Shown here piece by piece: positions 9,799 to 19,534 of a stretch of DNA of 64,000 nucleotides. Positions within the stretch are counted from its first letter, which is position 1; every line of letters begins with the position of its first letter. The notes under the pieces were generated by a model. The model had not been told where the DNA came from, did no database searches, and was given only the letters and a program-made list of their open reading frames with translations. The position numbers were made by a program, and so were the translations under genes. Source of the stretch: an uncultured archaeon (GTDB lineage: Archaea > Hadarchaeota > Hadarchaeia > Hadarchaeales > Hadarchaeaceae); assembly GCA_937921735.1 (NCBI GenBank), contig CAKZTQ010000011.1:82333-146332 (forward strand), given 5' to 3'.

Positions 9799-10780
9799 GA
9801 TATCTCCCTAAAATATCTTTTAAATATTCGGTTTCCTCGCGTAATATCTCACCACTTCGTATGACGTGTTCCCGATCGCTTGCCGCCGTCTCAACGACGA
9901 CGATTTCCGCACCTTTTTCTATTATCAGCCCCAAGTATCGCTCGAGGTTCTCTTTCTTTAACATTCCAAGCTCGAGATGGAGCGGAGGGTGAAAAACTCG
10001 TTTATGGGGGACATAGTCGTTCAAGTGGATTTCTTTGAACAACCCATTGGGTATTTCCTCGACGATGTTTTCGGGGAGATTTAAAATACGTTGGCTTGCA
10101 TCTACTCGAGTTAGCCAATGGCCAATGTCAAAACAGAAATAAACATCAAGGCCCATCCCCCTAACTTCCTCGAGTACTTCACATACCTCCACCGGTTCCG
10201 AAAAGAGACCATCGAATGCAGTATTGTTCTCCAAATGAAGATCGATGCCGCGTTCAGCTGCAAAGGAGGCTAGTTCGGTAAGGCTCTTTATTAGGCTGGT
10301 TTTTATCTGTTCTCGATATTTGCCGTTCTTGTGATAAAATGGTACGACACCAGGATGGAGAACACAATATTTGCATCCGATATCCGATGCAAATTCTAAA
10401 TAGCGCTTTTGTAAATCGACGGCTATCCTCCTATCAAGTTCATCGGGCGCACATAAATTCGCTCCAACGTAGGAGTAGGGCAGATGAAGCGAAAGCGAAA
10501 TAGCATTTTCCTGGGCGATGTCTCTCGCTTTTTGTTTGTCCTTCTCGCTAAAAGCCAAGTACGGATTGGGCACGTTACCATCCAACTCAACGTGATCGAT
10601 GCCAAGTGCTTTTGCCGTAAGGATTTGCTTGGTTATGTCTTTCTTGGCCACTACCTGAACGGCTGCGTCCATGTCCGCGACCGTTAATTCGCCCGCTAAA
10701 AATCTACGCCTGCTTTCGGCGTCTAGGTAATCGAAATAGAGCAGGTTTGTGAAGTTCCTGCCGAGCCTCATCCGTTTCAC
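9791..10780 (-). CDS. Sugar phosphate isomerase/epimerase (xylose-isomerase-like TIM barrel)
   Basis: 329 aa. Blocks IDHVELDG, LSLHLPY, CVLHPG, DLHLENN, FCFDIGHW and IHLND are typical of the AP-endonuclease-2/xylose-isomerase-like TIM-barrel family. Confidence 0.7.
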   Translation of the reverse strand: MKRMRLGRNFTNLLYFDYLDAESRRRFLAGELTVADMDAAVQVVAKKDITKQILTAKALGIDHVELDGNVPNPYLAFSEKDKQKARDIAQENAISLSLHLPYSYVGANLCAPDELDRRIAVDLQKRYLEFASDIGCKYCVLHPGVVPFYHKNGKYREQIKTSLIKSLTELASFAAERGIDLHLENNTAFDGLFSEPVEVCEVLEEVRGMGLDVYFCFDIGHWLTRVDASQRILNLPENIVEEIPNGLFKEIHLNDYVPHKRVFHPPLHLELGMLKKENLERYLGLIIEKGAEIVVVETAASDREHVIRSGEILREETEYLKDILGRYHA

Positions 10781-10863
10781 CGTTGGGAATATGACTTGGC
10801 CTTAAATAACTTTTGTATTTTTAAAACAGCGTTTAAAAAAGGGGTTTACCCTTTACTGGAGTT

Positions 10864-11787
10864 TTACTTTACGTAATCTAACCAGTGTAGATACTTCTCG
10901 ATTTTTCCGCGAACCGCTTCGAAGAACGTATGCTGAAGTTCTTTAGTTACGCGTCCAACTTTGCCCGTTCCTATCTTGCGACCATCTATTTCCCTTATCG
11001 GCGTGACCTCCGCGGCAGTGCCCGTGAAGAACGCCTCATCCGCTTCGTAGAGCTGATCGCGCGAAATATTCTCTTCCCTAACCGGTATACCTTTATCGCT
11101 GGCCATCTTCATGACGGAATCCCTGGTGATGCCTCCGAGTGCACCGGATGAAAGTGGGGGGGTTATAAGAGTCCCGTTTTTTACTATAAAGATATTCTCC
11201 CCGGGCCCTTCGGTGACGAACCCCTCTACATTTAACAGGATGGCTTCGTCATAACCAGCCTTCAGAGCCTCGAGTTTCGCGAGGATTGAGTTGGTATAAT
11301 TTGCAACCGTCTTTGAGTGTGGCGGGAGAATCCTCGAATCGATGCGGAGCCAAGATGAGACCATCGCCCTGATCCCCTTCCTCAACCCTTCCTCGCCCAA
11401 GTAAGTGCCCCAGGGCCACACGGCGATCGCCACGTTCACAGGAGAACCCGTGGGGTCTAGCCCCATCACCCCATAGCCGTAAAACACGATCGGCCTAATG
11501 TAGCATTCCTCGATTTCGTTCGCCTTTATCGTTTCCTTCACGGCGTTCACCAGCTCCTCGAAGGAATACGGAATTTTCATGTTCATGATGCGAGCGGAAT
11601 TTTCCAGCCTTTTTATGTGATCCTTCAGCCTGAAGACGGCCGGGCCATCCCTGGTTTTGTAGCACCTGATCCCTTCGAACACCCCAAGGCCGTAATGCAG
11701 GGTATGCGTCAATACATGCACTTTGGCTTCTTCCCACGGCAATAGGCGACCATCCATCCATATGAATTTCGTGGGCGATATCGCCAA
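10864..11787 (-). CDS. ilvE: Branched-chain amino acid aminotransferase
   Basis: 307 aa with a TTG start. Contains [36 protein letters not shown], and later EGPGENIF and GITRDSV. Confidence 0.9.
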   Translation of the reverse strand: MAISPTKFIWMDGRLLPWEEAKVHVLTHTLHYGLGVFEGIRCYKTRDGPAVFRLKDHIKRLENSARIMNMKIPYSFEELVNAVKETIKANEIEECYIRPIVFYGYGVMGLDPTGSPVNVAIAVWPWGTYLGEEGLRKGIRAMVSSWLRIDSRILPPHSKTVANYTNSILAKLEALKAGYDEAILLNVEGFVTEGPGENIFIVKNGTLITPPLSSGALGGITRDSVMKMASDKGIPVREENISRDQLYEADEAFFTGTAAEVTPIREIDGRKIGTGKVGRVTKELQHTFFEAVRGKIEKYLHWLDYVK

Positions 11788-11816
11788 GTAAGCACCGCCA
11801 CGACTATTTATTCGGA

Positions 11817-12917
11817 CTATTTAAAATATCCGAGTTCGGAAAGCGCCCCGCGCAGAGCACTCATCGTCGCGGCCACCTCGCGCTCGCTGACAACGCCCAT
11901 GTTCCCGATCCTAAACATGGCCCCCTTCAATTTACCCATCCCGCCAGCTATCACCACTCCATACTTCTCCCGCATTATGGCGCGAATATCCTTGTCGGCT
12001 ATTCCCTGCGGGTTCTTGACCGCGATAACGGTATTTGAAAGCCAACGTTCATCCGCGAAAAGTTCTAGCCCTAGCTCCTTTATCGCGCCATAAAAGGCCC
12101 TGGCGCACCTCTCGTGCCTTTTTATCCTCGCCTCCAAGCCTTCTTCCATCAACATGCTTAGGGCCTCATCCAGCGCGAACCAGAGGGGAAGGGCGGGAGT
12201 AAACGGTGTCTCCTTCCTCTCGTGGAACTCGCGGATCTTAAGCAGGTTGAAGTAATAGGTTCGGGATTTCGTTCGCTCGATGACTTCCCAAGCACGGTCG
12301 CTAACCGATATCATGGACAATCCCGGAGGGCAAGCCAGACATTTCTGACTCCCCGTAATGCATATGTCGATGTTCCACCTGTCGACCGGTAGCTCGTCCC
12401 CACCCAAAATCGAGATCGCGTCGACGATGAAAAGCAAGTCATGCTCTGCCGCTATCTTCCCCACCTCATCTAAGCCCCGCATCGTCGCTCCCGTCGACGT
12501 CTCGTTGTACACGACCGCTATCGCCTTTACCTCTTGCTCTGCAACGGCGCCGGCTATTTGTTCAGGTGAGGCGGCTTTCCCCCATTCAATGGGTATCTCG
12601 ATGGGCACACCACCAAAGACCTCGATCTTCTCCTTTAATCGTTGGCTGAAGACCCCGTTGACGGGAACCGCGATTTTGTCGCCGGGGGAAACGATGTTGC
12701 CAATGGCGCACTCCACGGCACCTGTGCCAGAAGATGTGAGGACGAAGACGTCATTTTCCGTTTGGAACGCATACTTTAATTTTTCAAGTAGGTTGTCGTA
12801 GAGCTCACGAAACTCAGGCCCCCGATGGTTTATGATGGGCCTCGTCATAGCGTTTATAACACGGTCCGGCACGTTGGTTGGGCCGGGTAACATTATGAGC
12901 TGTTTTCCCTCGACCAT
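11817..12917 (-). CDS. Class V PLP aminotransferase (serine-pyruvate/alanine-glyoxylate or phosphoserine type)
   Basis: 366 aa. Contains [21 protein letters not shown] and [13 protein letters not shown] (PLP-Lys region). Confidence 0.8.
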   Translation of the reverse strand: MVEGKQLIMLPGPTNVPDRVINAMTRPIINHRGPEFRELYDNLLEKLKYAFQTENDVFVLTSSGTGAVECAIGNIVSPGDKIAVPVNGVFSQRLKEKIEVFGGVPIEIPIEWGKAASPEQIAGAVAEQEVKAIAVVYNETSTGATMRGLDEVGKIAAEHDLLFIVDAISILGGDELPVDRWNIDICITGSQKCLACPPGLSMISVSDRAWEVIERTKSRTYYFNLLKIREFHERKETPFTPALPLWFALDEALSMLMEEGLEARIKRHERCARAFYGAIKELGLELFADERWLSNTVIAVKNPQGIADKDIRAIMREKYGVVIAGGMGKLKGAMFRIGNMGVVSEREVAATMSALRGALSELGYFK

Positions 12918-13024
12918 AGCTCACCCCATATCTTTTGAAGCTCATACTTCTTAATCGTTTTCGTTTCGGTCTCAGCCCGGCGGTAGATATCTGGAGCACG
13001 ATTTTTGAGTGGTCCTGAGAAAAG

Positions 13025-14302
13025 TCAGAGTTTAGCTAAGTACTCGCTAGCTATCTTTACCGCACAGTACTTGCCGCACATGGCGCAAGTGGTGGGGTCG
13101 ACGACTGGTGGACGTTTGCGCCTGAGTTCCTTAGCTTTTTCTGGATCGATCGCCAGCTCGAACTGTCTCGTCCAGTTTAGTTCCTTCCTAGCTATCGCCA
13201 TCTCGGCATCTCGGTCCACGTCGATTCCCTTCGCTATATCGGCTACATGAGCAGCTATCCTAGCAGCGATTACGCCCTCTTTTACGTCTTCTAGGCTTGG
13301 CAGGCAGAGGTGCTCGGACGGCGTCACGTAGCACAGGAAATCGGCCCCCGTCCAAGCCGCCATCGCACCCCCGATCGCCCCGACGATGTGGTCGTAACCG
13401 GGGGCGATGTCGGTCACGATCGGTCCCAGCACGTAAAATGGTGCTCCCTTGCAGATACTCTTTTGGAGCTTGACGTTTGCCTCGATATGGTTAAGCGGGA
13501 GGTGTCCTGGCCCCTCGACGATTACCTGCACGTCCTTCGCCCAGGCCCGCTCCACGAGCTCGCCGAGTGTCAGCAGTTCCTGAAATTGCGCTCGATCGGA
13601 AGCATCAGCCAAACAGCCGGGCCTCATGCCATCGCCCAGGCTGAGCGTGAGGTCGTATTCCTGGGCTATTTCCAACAGGTAGTCAAACTCCTCGTAGAGG
13701 GGATTTTCTTCATCATGGTGGATCATCCAGGCCACCAAAAAGGAGCCTCCCCTGCTCACCACGTTGGCCAGCCTTCCCTGGCGGCGCAATGCTTCGACAG
13801 CGCTTTTGGTCACGCCGCAGTGAACCGTCACGAAATCCACACCGTCGGTCGCATGCCTTCGAATGACGTTGAAAATATCGTCGGAGGTCATATCTACCAA
13901 GCTACCCCTTTCCGCGGCCTCGATTGCAGCCTGATAAATCGGAACCGTCCCGACCGGCACCTCGACGGCCTTCAAGATCCGCCTTCTCACCTCGTCGATT
14001 TCTCCGCCTATGCTAAGGTCCATTACTGTGTCTGCCCCATATCTAACAGCTACTTTGGCCTTCTCGACTTCTTCTTCTACGCTCGCGTAGTCCGGCGAGG
14101 TGCCGACGTTGGCATTCACCTTCGTTCGCAATCCTTCGCCTATACCTTTGATTTCTATGCGCTCGCGCTTGACGTTGCGCGGGATCACGATCCTCCCTTG
14201 GGCGAGCATCCTCACGATGTATTCGATCGATTTTCCCTCGGCCCTCGCCACGGCTTGCATCTCCTCGGTTGCCGCGCCGCGCCTTGCCTCAGCCATCTGC
14301 AT
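13025..14302 (-). CDS. thiC: Phosphomethylpyrimidine synthase ThiC
   Basis: ORF 13025..14782 trimmed to the ATG at 14302 (MQMAEARRG), giving 425 aa. ThiC-type blocks run throughout (VGTVPIYQA, DFVTVHCGV, MIHHDEENPLYE) and the C-terminal CAMCGKYC cluster motif is present. The longer ORF would overlap the divergent gene at 14357. Confidence 0.9.
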   Translation of the reverse strand: MQMAEARRGAATEEMQAVARAEGKSIEYIVRMLAQGRIVIPRNVKRERIEIKGIGEGLRTKVNANVGTSPDYASVEEEVEKAKVAVRYGADTVMDLSIGGEIDEVRRRILKAVEVPVGTVPIYQAAIEAAERGSLVDMTSDDIFNVIRRHATDGVDFVTVHCGVTKSAVEALRRQGRLANVVSRGGSFLVAWMIHHDEENPLYEEFDYLLEIAQEYDLTLSLGDGMRPGCLADASDRAQFQELLTLGELVERAWAKDVQVIVEGPGHLPLNHIEANVKLQKSICKGAPFYVLGPIVTDIAPGYDHIVGAIGGAMAAWTGADFLCYVTPSEHLCLPSLEDVKEGVIAARIAAHVADIAKGIDVDRDAEMAIARKELNWTRQFELAIDPEKAKELRRKRPPVVDPTTCAMCGKYCAVKIASEYLAKL

Positions 14303-14356
14303 GGGTCTCGCTTGTATTATTCGTCTGTCGTTAAATATCTCTAGTCCAAACAGGAA

Positions 14357-15169
14357 ATGAAAGGTATGCCGCCGATCGCGCTCATCTCGGATTTGGGGAC
14401 GAGGGACTACTTCGTCTCCGCGATGAAGGGCGTCATCCTTTCGATAAACCCAAATGCATCGATCGTGGACATCACGCACGAGCTGCCGAAGGGTAACATC
14501 ACAGTTGCCGCGTTCACGCTCGTCAACGCGATCGAGACCTTCCCAGAGGGCTCCATAGCAGTCGCGGTGGTGGACCCCGGCGTAGGCACGAAGAGAAAAT
14601 GTATCCTCGTCGAGACGAAAAACAAAATGTTCTTCGTAGGTCCAGATAACGGGATCTTCACATTGGTAGCCGAGCGATTCAAGGTCAAAGGGATTTACGA
14701 GATAGCGAATAGGGCGTTGATGAGGCCGTCGATTTCGGCAACGTTTCACGGGCGCGACATCATGGCCCCCGTGGCGGCCCACCTAAGTCTTGGTTTAAAG
14801 CCATCGGAGGTCGGGCCTAGGCTGCGGACCTTCAAGAAGCTGAAGATCCCAAAGCCAAAACTGGTTAAGGGCGGGATATCCGGTTGCGTGTTGAACATCG
14901 ACGACTTTGGAAACGTCATCTCGAACATCGACGCTCGAACGGCGTTGCGGCTATTACGGCTCAACCGTTTCGCGCGCATTAGGTTCAAAGGTAGGGAATT
15001 CCCCGTAAAGTTCGTCAAGACCTTCGGCGATGTGAAGCCGGGCGAATATCTGTGTTACATCGGCAGCGCTGGTCTGCTGGAAGTGGCCAAGAATATGGGA
15101 AACCTAGCCGCTGCGGTGGGAGCGGAGCTCGGCGATGAAATCGTGGTCGGGGGAGGAGTTAAAAAGTAA
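14357..15169 (+). CDS. SAM hydrolase / SAM hydroxide adenosyltransferase family protein (DUF62)
   Basis: 270 aa. Contains IALISDLGTRDYFVSAMKGV, VDITHE, AVVDPGVGTKR and VGPDNGI. Confidence 0.75.
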   Translation: MKGMPPIALISDLGTRDYFVSAMKGVILSINPNASIVDITHELPKGNITVAAFTLVNAIETFPEGSIAVAVVDPGVGTKRKCILVETKNKMFFVGPDNGIFTLVAERFKVKGIYEIANRALMRPSISATFHGRDIMAPVAAHLSLGLKPSEVGPRLRTFKKLKIPKPKLVKGGISGCVLNIDDFGNVISNIDARTALRLLRLNRFARIRFKGREFPVKFVKTFGDVKPGEYLCYIGSAGLLEVAKNMGNLAAAVGAELGDEIVVGGGVKK

Positions 15170-16257
<1,088 letters not shown>

Positions 16258-16303
16258 GTGATCGGCCTCTGATTTTTATCTTCAAGCAATAATATCCGCA
16301 TCG

Positions 16304-17383
16304 ATGAAGATGATAGCTATCGATGGGGCGATGGGTGAAGGGGGAGGGGCGATCCTTCGCACGGCGCTCGCCCTCAGCGCGGTGAGCATGAGGCCCGTCC
16401 ATATTTACAACATCCGCGCCAAGAGACCAAATCCAGGATTAGCGCCTCAACACATGCACGGCGTGAAAGCGTTGGGGAGCCTCACGGGTGCCAAGATCGA
16501 AGGGCTTCGGCTCCGATCGACCGAGCTCAGGTTCGAGCCGGGAGCGGTGAAGGGCGGTCGTTATCGCGTCGACATAGGCACCGCCGGTAGCATCACGCTG
16601 ATCCTGCAGGCCCTCATGCCTGCCGCCGCCTTCGCCGATGGGCCTGTGGAGGTGGAGATAACCGGCGGCAGCGACGTCCCCATGTCACCTCCCGTGGACT
16701 ACCTCATCAACGTCACTTTGCCTACCCTCCGCAAGATGGGTTACGATGGGGAGGTCATACGCGTTAGGCGGGGTCACTATCCACGCGGCGGGGGCATCGT
16801 TCAAGCGGTCATCCGACCCGTGCGGAAGCTCAGCGCGATCCGCATGATCGAGCTGGGTAGGGTCGTCGGGATCAAGGGAATATCACACTGCGTCAAGTTG
16901 CCCGAGCACATCGCCACCCGCATGGCGCACGCTGCGAAGTTGGCCCTCTTGAGGGCCGGCTACGCGGACGTCGACATAGAAATCGAGGCCTACGACCCCG
17001 CCAAAGACCCCCATCTAGGTCCAGGTGCGGGCATCACCCTTTGGGCCGAGGGGGAGAGCGGCTCGATCATTGGCGCCAGCGCGCTGGGCAGGCCTGGAAA
17101 GCCCGCCGAGGAGGTCGCCCGCGAGGCAGCGAAGGTCTTGCTCAAGCAGCTCGGGACAGGTTGCGGGATGGATCGTTATCTGACGGATCAGCTGATCCCG
17201 TACATGGCGCTAGCCGAGGGCACGTCTGAGATAACCAGCGCTGAGCTCACCTCTCACGCGTTGACCAACATCGCGCTAGTCGAGCGGATCTTGGATGTCA
17301 AGTTCGAGGTGGATGGCCAAATAGGCCAGCCCGGCAGAATTCGAGTCGAGGGATTAGGATTCACTAGACCCCAACGTCTTTAG
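16304..17383 (+). CDS. rtcA: RNA 3'-terminal phosphate cyclase
   Basis: 359 aa. Contains IDGAMGEGGGAILRTALALSA, GTAGSITLILQALMP, RRGHYPRGGG and DQLIPYMALA. Confidence 0.9.
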   Translation: MKMIAIDGAMGEGGGAILRTALALSAVSMRPVHIYNIRAKRPNPGLAPQHMHGVKALGSLTGAKIEGLRLRSTELRFEPGAVKGGRYRVDIGTAGSITLILQALMPAAAFADGPVEVEITGGSDVPMSPPVDYLINVTLPTLRKMGYDGEVIRVRRGHYPRGGGIVQAVIRPVRKLSAIRMIELGRVVGIKGISHCVKLPEHIATRMAHAAKLALLRAGYADVDIEIEAYDPAKDPHLGPGAGITLWAEGESGSIIGASALGRPGKPAEEVAREAAKVLLKQLGTGCGMDRYLTDQLIPYMALAEGTSEITSAELTSHALTNIALVERILDVKFEVDGQIGQPGRIRVEGLGFTRPQRL

Positions 17384-18367
17384 CGCCTTCTCCAACAAAG
17401 CCCCCACACCCTCGCCGCTCGAAGCGGAGATGAAGAGCACGTCCGGGCAGCTCCCGAGCACCCGCTGTCGCTTGGCTTCATCTATGAGGTCGCTCTTGTT
17501 TGCAGCGGGCAGCACCGGTATTTTCGGAAAAAGCTTTCGGATCTCGTGGTAGAGGCGAAGTTGGCTCTCGAACTCGAAGCCGCACGTCTGGGTTGGATCG
17601 AAGAGGAAGATAATCGCGTCCGCCAGGTGGTTCAAGGCGGCGATGGCTTGACGCTCGATCGGGTTGCGCTTGGCGAGCGGGCGGTCCAGCAGACCCGGGG
17701 TATCGATTACCTGATATCTCCTATGACCGCGATCGAAGTACCCGAGCTGTAGCCCCTTTGTGGTGAACGGATAGCTGGCGATCTCGGGCTCGGATCCGGT
17801 AAGTTGACGCAGTAGAGTAGTCTTGCCGACGTTTGGGTAACCCGCTATCACGATGGTAGGCATGTCAACGTAAACCGAGGGAAGGTCAGCTAACTTCCTC
17901 GCTGCCTCGCGCAAGAACTCTAGATGGGGGCTTGCCCTCTTGATGATGGACGATATCCTACCGTAAGCCTGCTTTCTGATCTTACTCGCCTCGGCGGGGG
18001 ATTCAGCGGATCCAAGTCTTCGCAGGTGCTCGCGCTCCAGTTTGTCGATGACCTTGATCACCCCGTTTATCGCGCCGAGCGACTTTCGCATCCTGTCGAT
18101 GTCGACCAGCGCGTCCACGAGCTCCCGATAGAAGGGGGGCAAATCGGGTAACGAGGGGGTATCCTTCACCACCTTCGAAAGCTTGTCCCTAATGATCCGG
18201 CTTGCGACCACGATGCGCTCCCGCTCCCGCCTCCTCGCGCCCTCCAACGGACCTCCGACTACGCGCAGGGCGGAAGCTGACTTGGAGGCGCGCCCGAAGG
18301 CGGCTGCCAGCAGATCCTTGGGCTCAGGGGCGATCGGCAATCGCTTAAATTGTAGTTTCTCGGCCAA
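17354..18367 (-). CDS. NOG1-family GTP-binding protein
   Basis: ORF 17354..18604 trimmed to an in-frame TTG at 18367 (MAEKLQFKRLPIAPEPKDLL), giving 337 aa. G motifs are GYPNVGKTTLLRQLT, DTPGLLDR and NKSD. An AT-rich TATA-like element lies about 30 nt upstream of this TTG. Confidence 0.8.
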   Translation of the reverse strand: MAEKLQFKRLPIAPEPKDLLAAAFGRASKSASALRVVGGPLEGARRRERERIVVASRIIRDKLSKVVKDTPSLPDLPPFYRELVDALVDIDRMRKSLGAINGVIKVIDKLEREHLRRLGSAESPAEASKIRKQAYGRISSIIKRASPHLEFLREAARKLADLPSVYVDMPTIVIAGYPNVGKTTLLRQLTGSEPEIASYPFTTKGLQLGYFDRGHRRYQVIDTPGLLDRPLAKRNPIERQAIAALNHLADAIIFLFDPTQTCGFEFESQLRLYHEIRKLFPKIPVLPAANKSDLIDEAKRQRVLGSCPDVLFISASSGEGVGALLEKALKTLGSSES

Positions 18368-18391
18368 CGTCGACCCCGTCCGAACTGTGGA

Positions 18392-18407
18392 GTTTAAACA
18401 ATATATC
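18392..18407 (-). promoter_or_regulatory. TATA-like promoter element for the NOG1-family GTPase gene
   Basis: Minus-strand GATATATTGTTTAAAC is centred about 33 nt upstream of the TTG at 18367, in an otherwise G+C-rich spacer. This is consistent with a near-leaderless transcript. Confidence 0.4.
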
Positions 18408-18461
18408 CGGCGCGTGATCTTCCCTTTTAAATGGCCTTGAGCCCAAGTTACCCCGGGCGAG

Positions 18462-18746
18462 TTGAACTCCATACCGGTAGCGCTGGTACTAGGGTTCGGC
18501 TGGCAAATCGCGCTTCTGTTCGCGGAGCGATCACGCTTGCCTAGGGCGCCGAGACCGACGTTGGCTAGGCTTCTATCGCTTGCCGAGTTGGATCTGCTCT
18601 CCACGCTTCGCTCCGAGCTCCTGCGCTCCTCCGAAGATCGGCCTTGCTCCCAAAAGTTGCGCGAAGTGGGTGCTTGGCTTGAAAGATTGAGTGGTCGCGA
18701 TGAAGGGAGGATCGAAGCTGGACAGGTTGATTCAGGCGATAGATGA
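18462..18746 (+). CDS. Possible small membrane-anchored protein, candidate first gene of the pilus-like operon
   Basis: 94-aa ORF with a TTG start. The N-terminus is hydrophobic (MNSIPVALVLGFGWQIALLFA), followed by a Leu-rich amphipathic stretch. TTTTAAAT at 18425-18432 lies about 30 nt upstream, in leaderless geometry. There is no recognisable family, and it overlaps the next ORF by 56 nt. Confidence 0.25.
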   Translation: MNSIPVALVLGFGWQIALLFAERSRLPRAPRPTLARLLSLAELDLLSTLRSELLRSSEDRPCSQKLREVGAWLERLSGRDEGRIEAGQVDSGDR

Positions 18747-19329
18747 TCTCATCAGGCTTTCTCCGTCGGAACTTCCATCGGTCAGCGAACAGGCAGTGAT
18801 GATTGCAAGGATCGCAGAGGGTTTACGGAACCTCGGGCTAGACGCCGAACCCGACGAGCGCTTGCGGGAGCTAACGCGTGCCTTCAATTCCGCCGCCGCG
18901 AAGCTCTCGCAATCGGTGTCGAATTCGAAACGTGGACCCCTTAGGTCCGATTGGGCGAGGCTCGCAGAACGCGACTTGATCGTGGTCAAGGAAGAAGCGC
19001 TAGCGCTACACGAGTTCTTGTCGAAGAACTACGAGCGTTTGAGGTCAGCCGTCGAGCCGGCGTTGGCAAGGAGGGGTCGCGACATAGACCTACGGAGGTT
19101 GGTCGAGGAGTTGCGGAGGGAGCGAGCGATGGACGAGCGCACTTGGGCACTCTTCGTGGGCTACCTTGGCGAATCCGGTCGGCCCTGGCAGAGGGAGCTA
19201 GAGGACGAGAAGGTCCTGGAACAACTCGTGCGCATCTCGAGCTGGTTGTCGGACCTCAAGGAGTTGAGGGGCGGAAGGGATGTTCAACAAGTCGCGGGAG
19301 CACGAGCTGGTGCTGGCAGAACATGGTAG
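18691..19329 (+). CDS. Hypothetical protein, predicted soluble and helical
   Basis: 212-aa ORF (GTG at 18691, alternative ATG at 18700). Charged Leu/Arg/Glu-rich helical sequence with no motif I recognise. Same strand as, and contiguous with, the ATPase operon. The last ~17 codons look like off-frame read-through. Confidence 0.5.
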   Translation: MVAMKGGSKLDRLIQAIDDLIRLSPSELPSVSEQAVMIARIAEGLRNLGLDAEPDERLRELTRAFNSAAAKLSQSVSNSKRGPLRSDWARLAERDLIVVKEEALALHEFLSKNYERLRSAVEPALARRGRDIDLRRLVEELRRERAMDERTWALFVGYLGESGRPWQRELEDEKVLEQLVRISSWLSDLKELRGGRDVQQVAGARAGAGRTW

Positions 19330-19534
19330 ATGGCTAGGAAAGCTGAGGGATGGCTTGTACTCCAACGAGCAGAGGTTGCGCGCCCTCGAGCATAGGGTAT
19401 CGATGCTGGAAGGGCATCTCGTAGAGCTTCTGGAGCTTTGGAGGAAGCTCGATCTAGAGCTGGCAGGGCTCAAGGTTTGGTTTGGAAAGTCAAAGGCGGT
19501 AAACCGGGCGGGGGAGCGGGGCGGTGACCTGTAA
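19280..19534 (+). CDS. Hypothetical small coiled-coil protein
   Basis: 84 aa, with ATG preceded by GGAAGGG. Heptad-like LRALEHRVSMLEGHLVELLELWRKLDLELAGLK. It overlaps the upstream ORF by 50 nt and the ATPase start by 11 nt. Confidence 0.45.
   Translation: MFNKSREHELVLAEHGRWLGKLRDGLYSNEQRLRALEHRVSMLEGHLVELLELWRKLDLELAGLKVWFGKSKAVNRAGERGGDL

Noticed and set aside
13310-14344. 344-aa plus-strand ORF antisense to thiC
   Set aside because: This is a shadow ORF opposite a full-length ThiC. The translation is Arg/His/Gly/Pro-rich with no motif.
14303-14356. Possible TPP riboswitch upstream of thiC
   Set aside because: Only about 55 nt separate thiC from the divergent gene, and I see none of the conserved TPP-aptamer elements (for example CUGAGA or ACCUGAUCUGGAUAAUGCCAGC-like). 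There is no support.
14303-14782. 160-codon N-terminal extension of the thiC ORF
   Set aside because: The extension has no ThiC-like sequence and would overlap the well-supported divergent DUF62 gene (14357..15169). An ATG at 14302 gives a normal 425-aa ThiC.
17354-18604. Long N-terminal extensions in several track ORFs (NOG1 to 18604; MvhD-like to 25251; GH-like to 27271; tfe to 59449; eL37 to 2927)
   Set aside because: The extensions lack family-like sequence, overlap neighbouring genes or promoters, and better starts with TATA or SD signals exist downstream.
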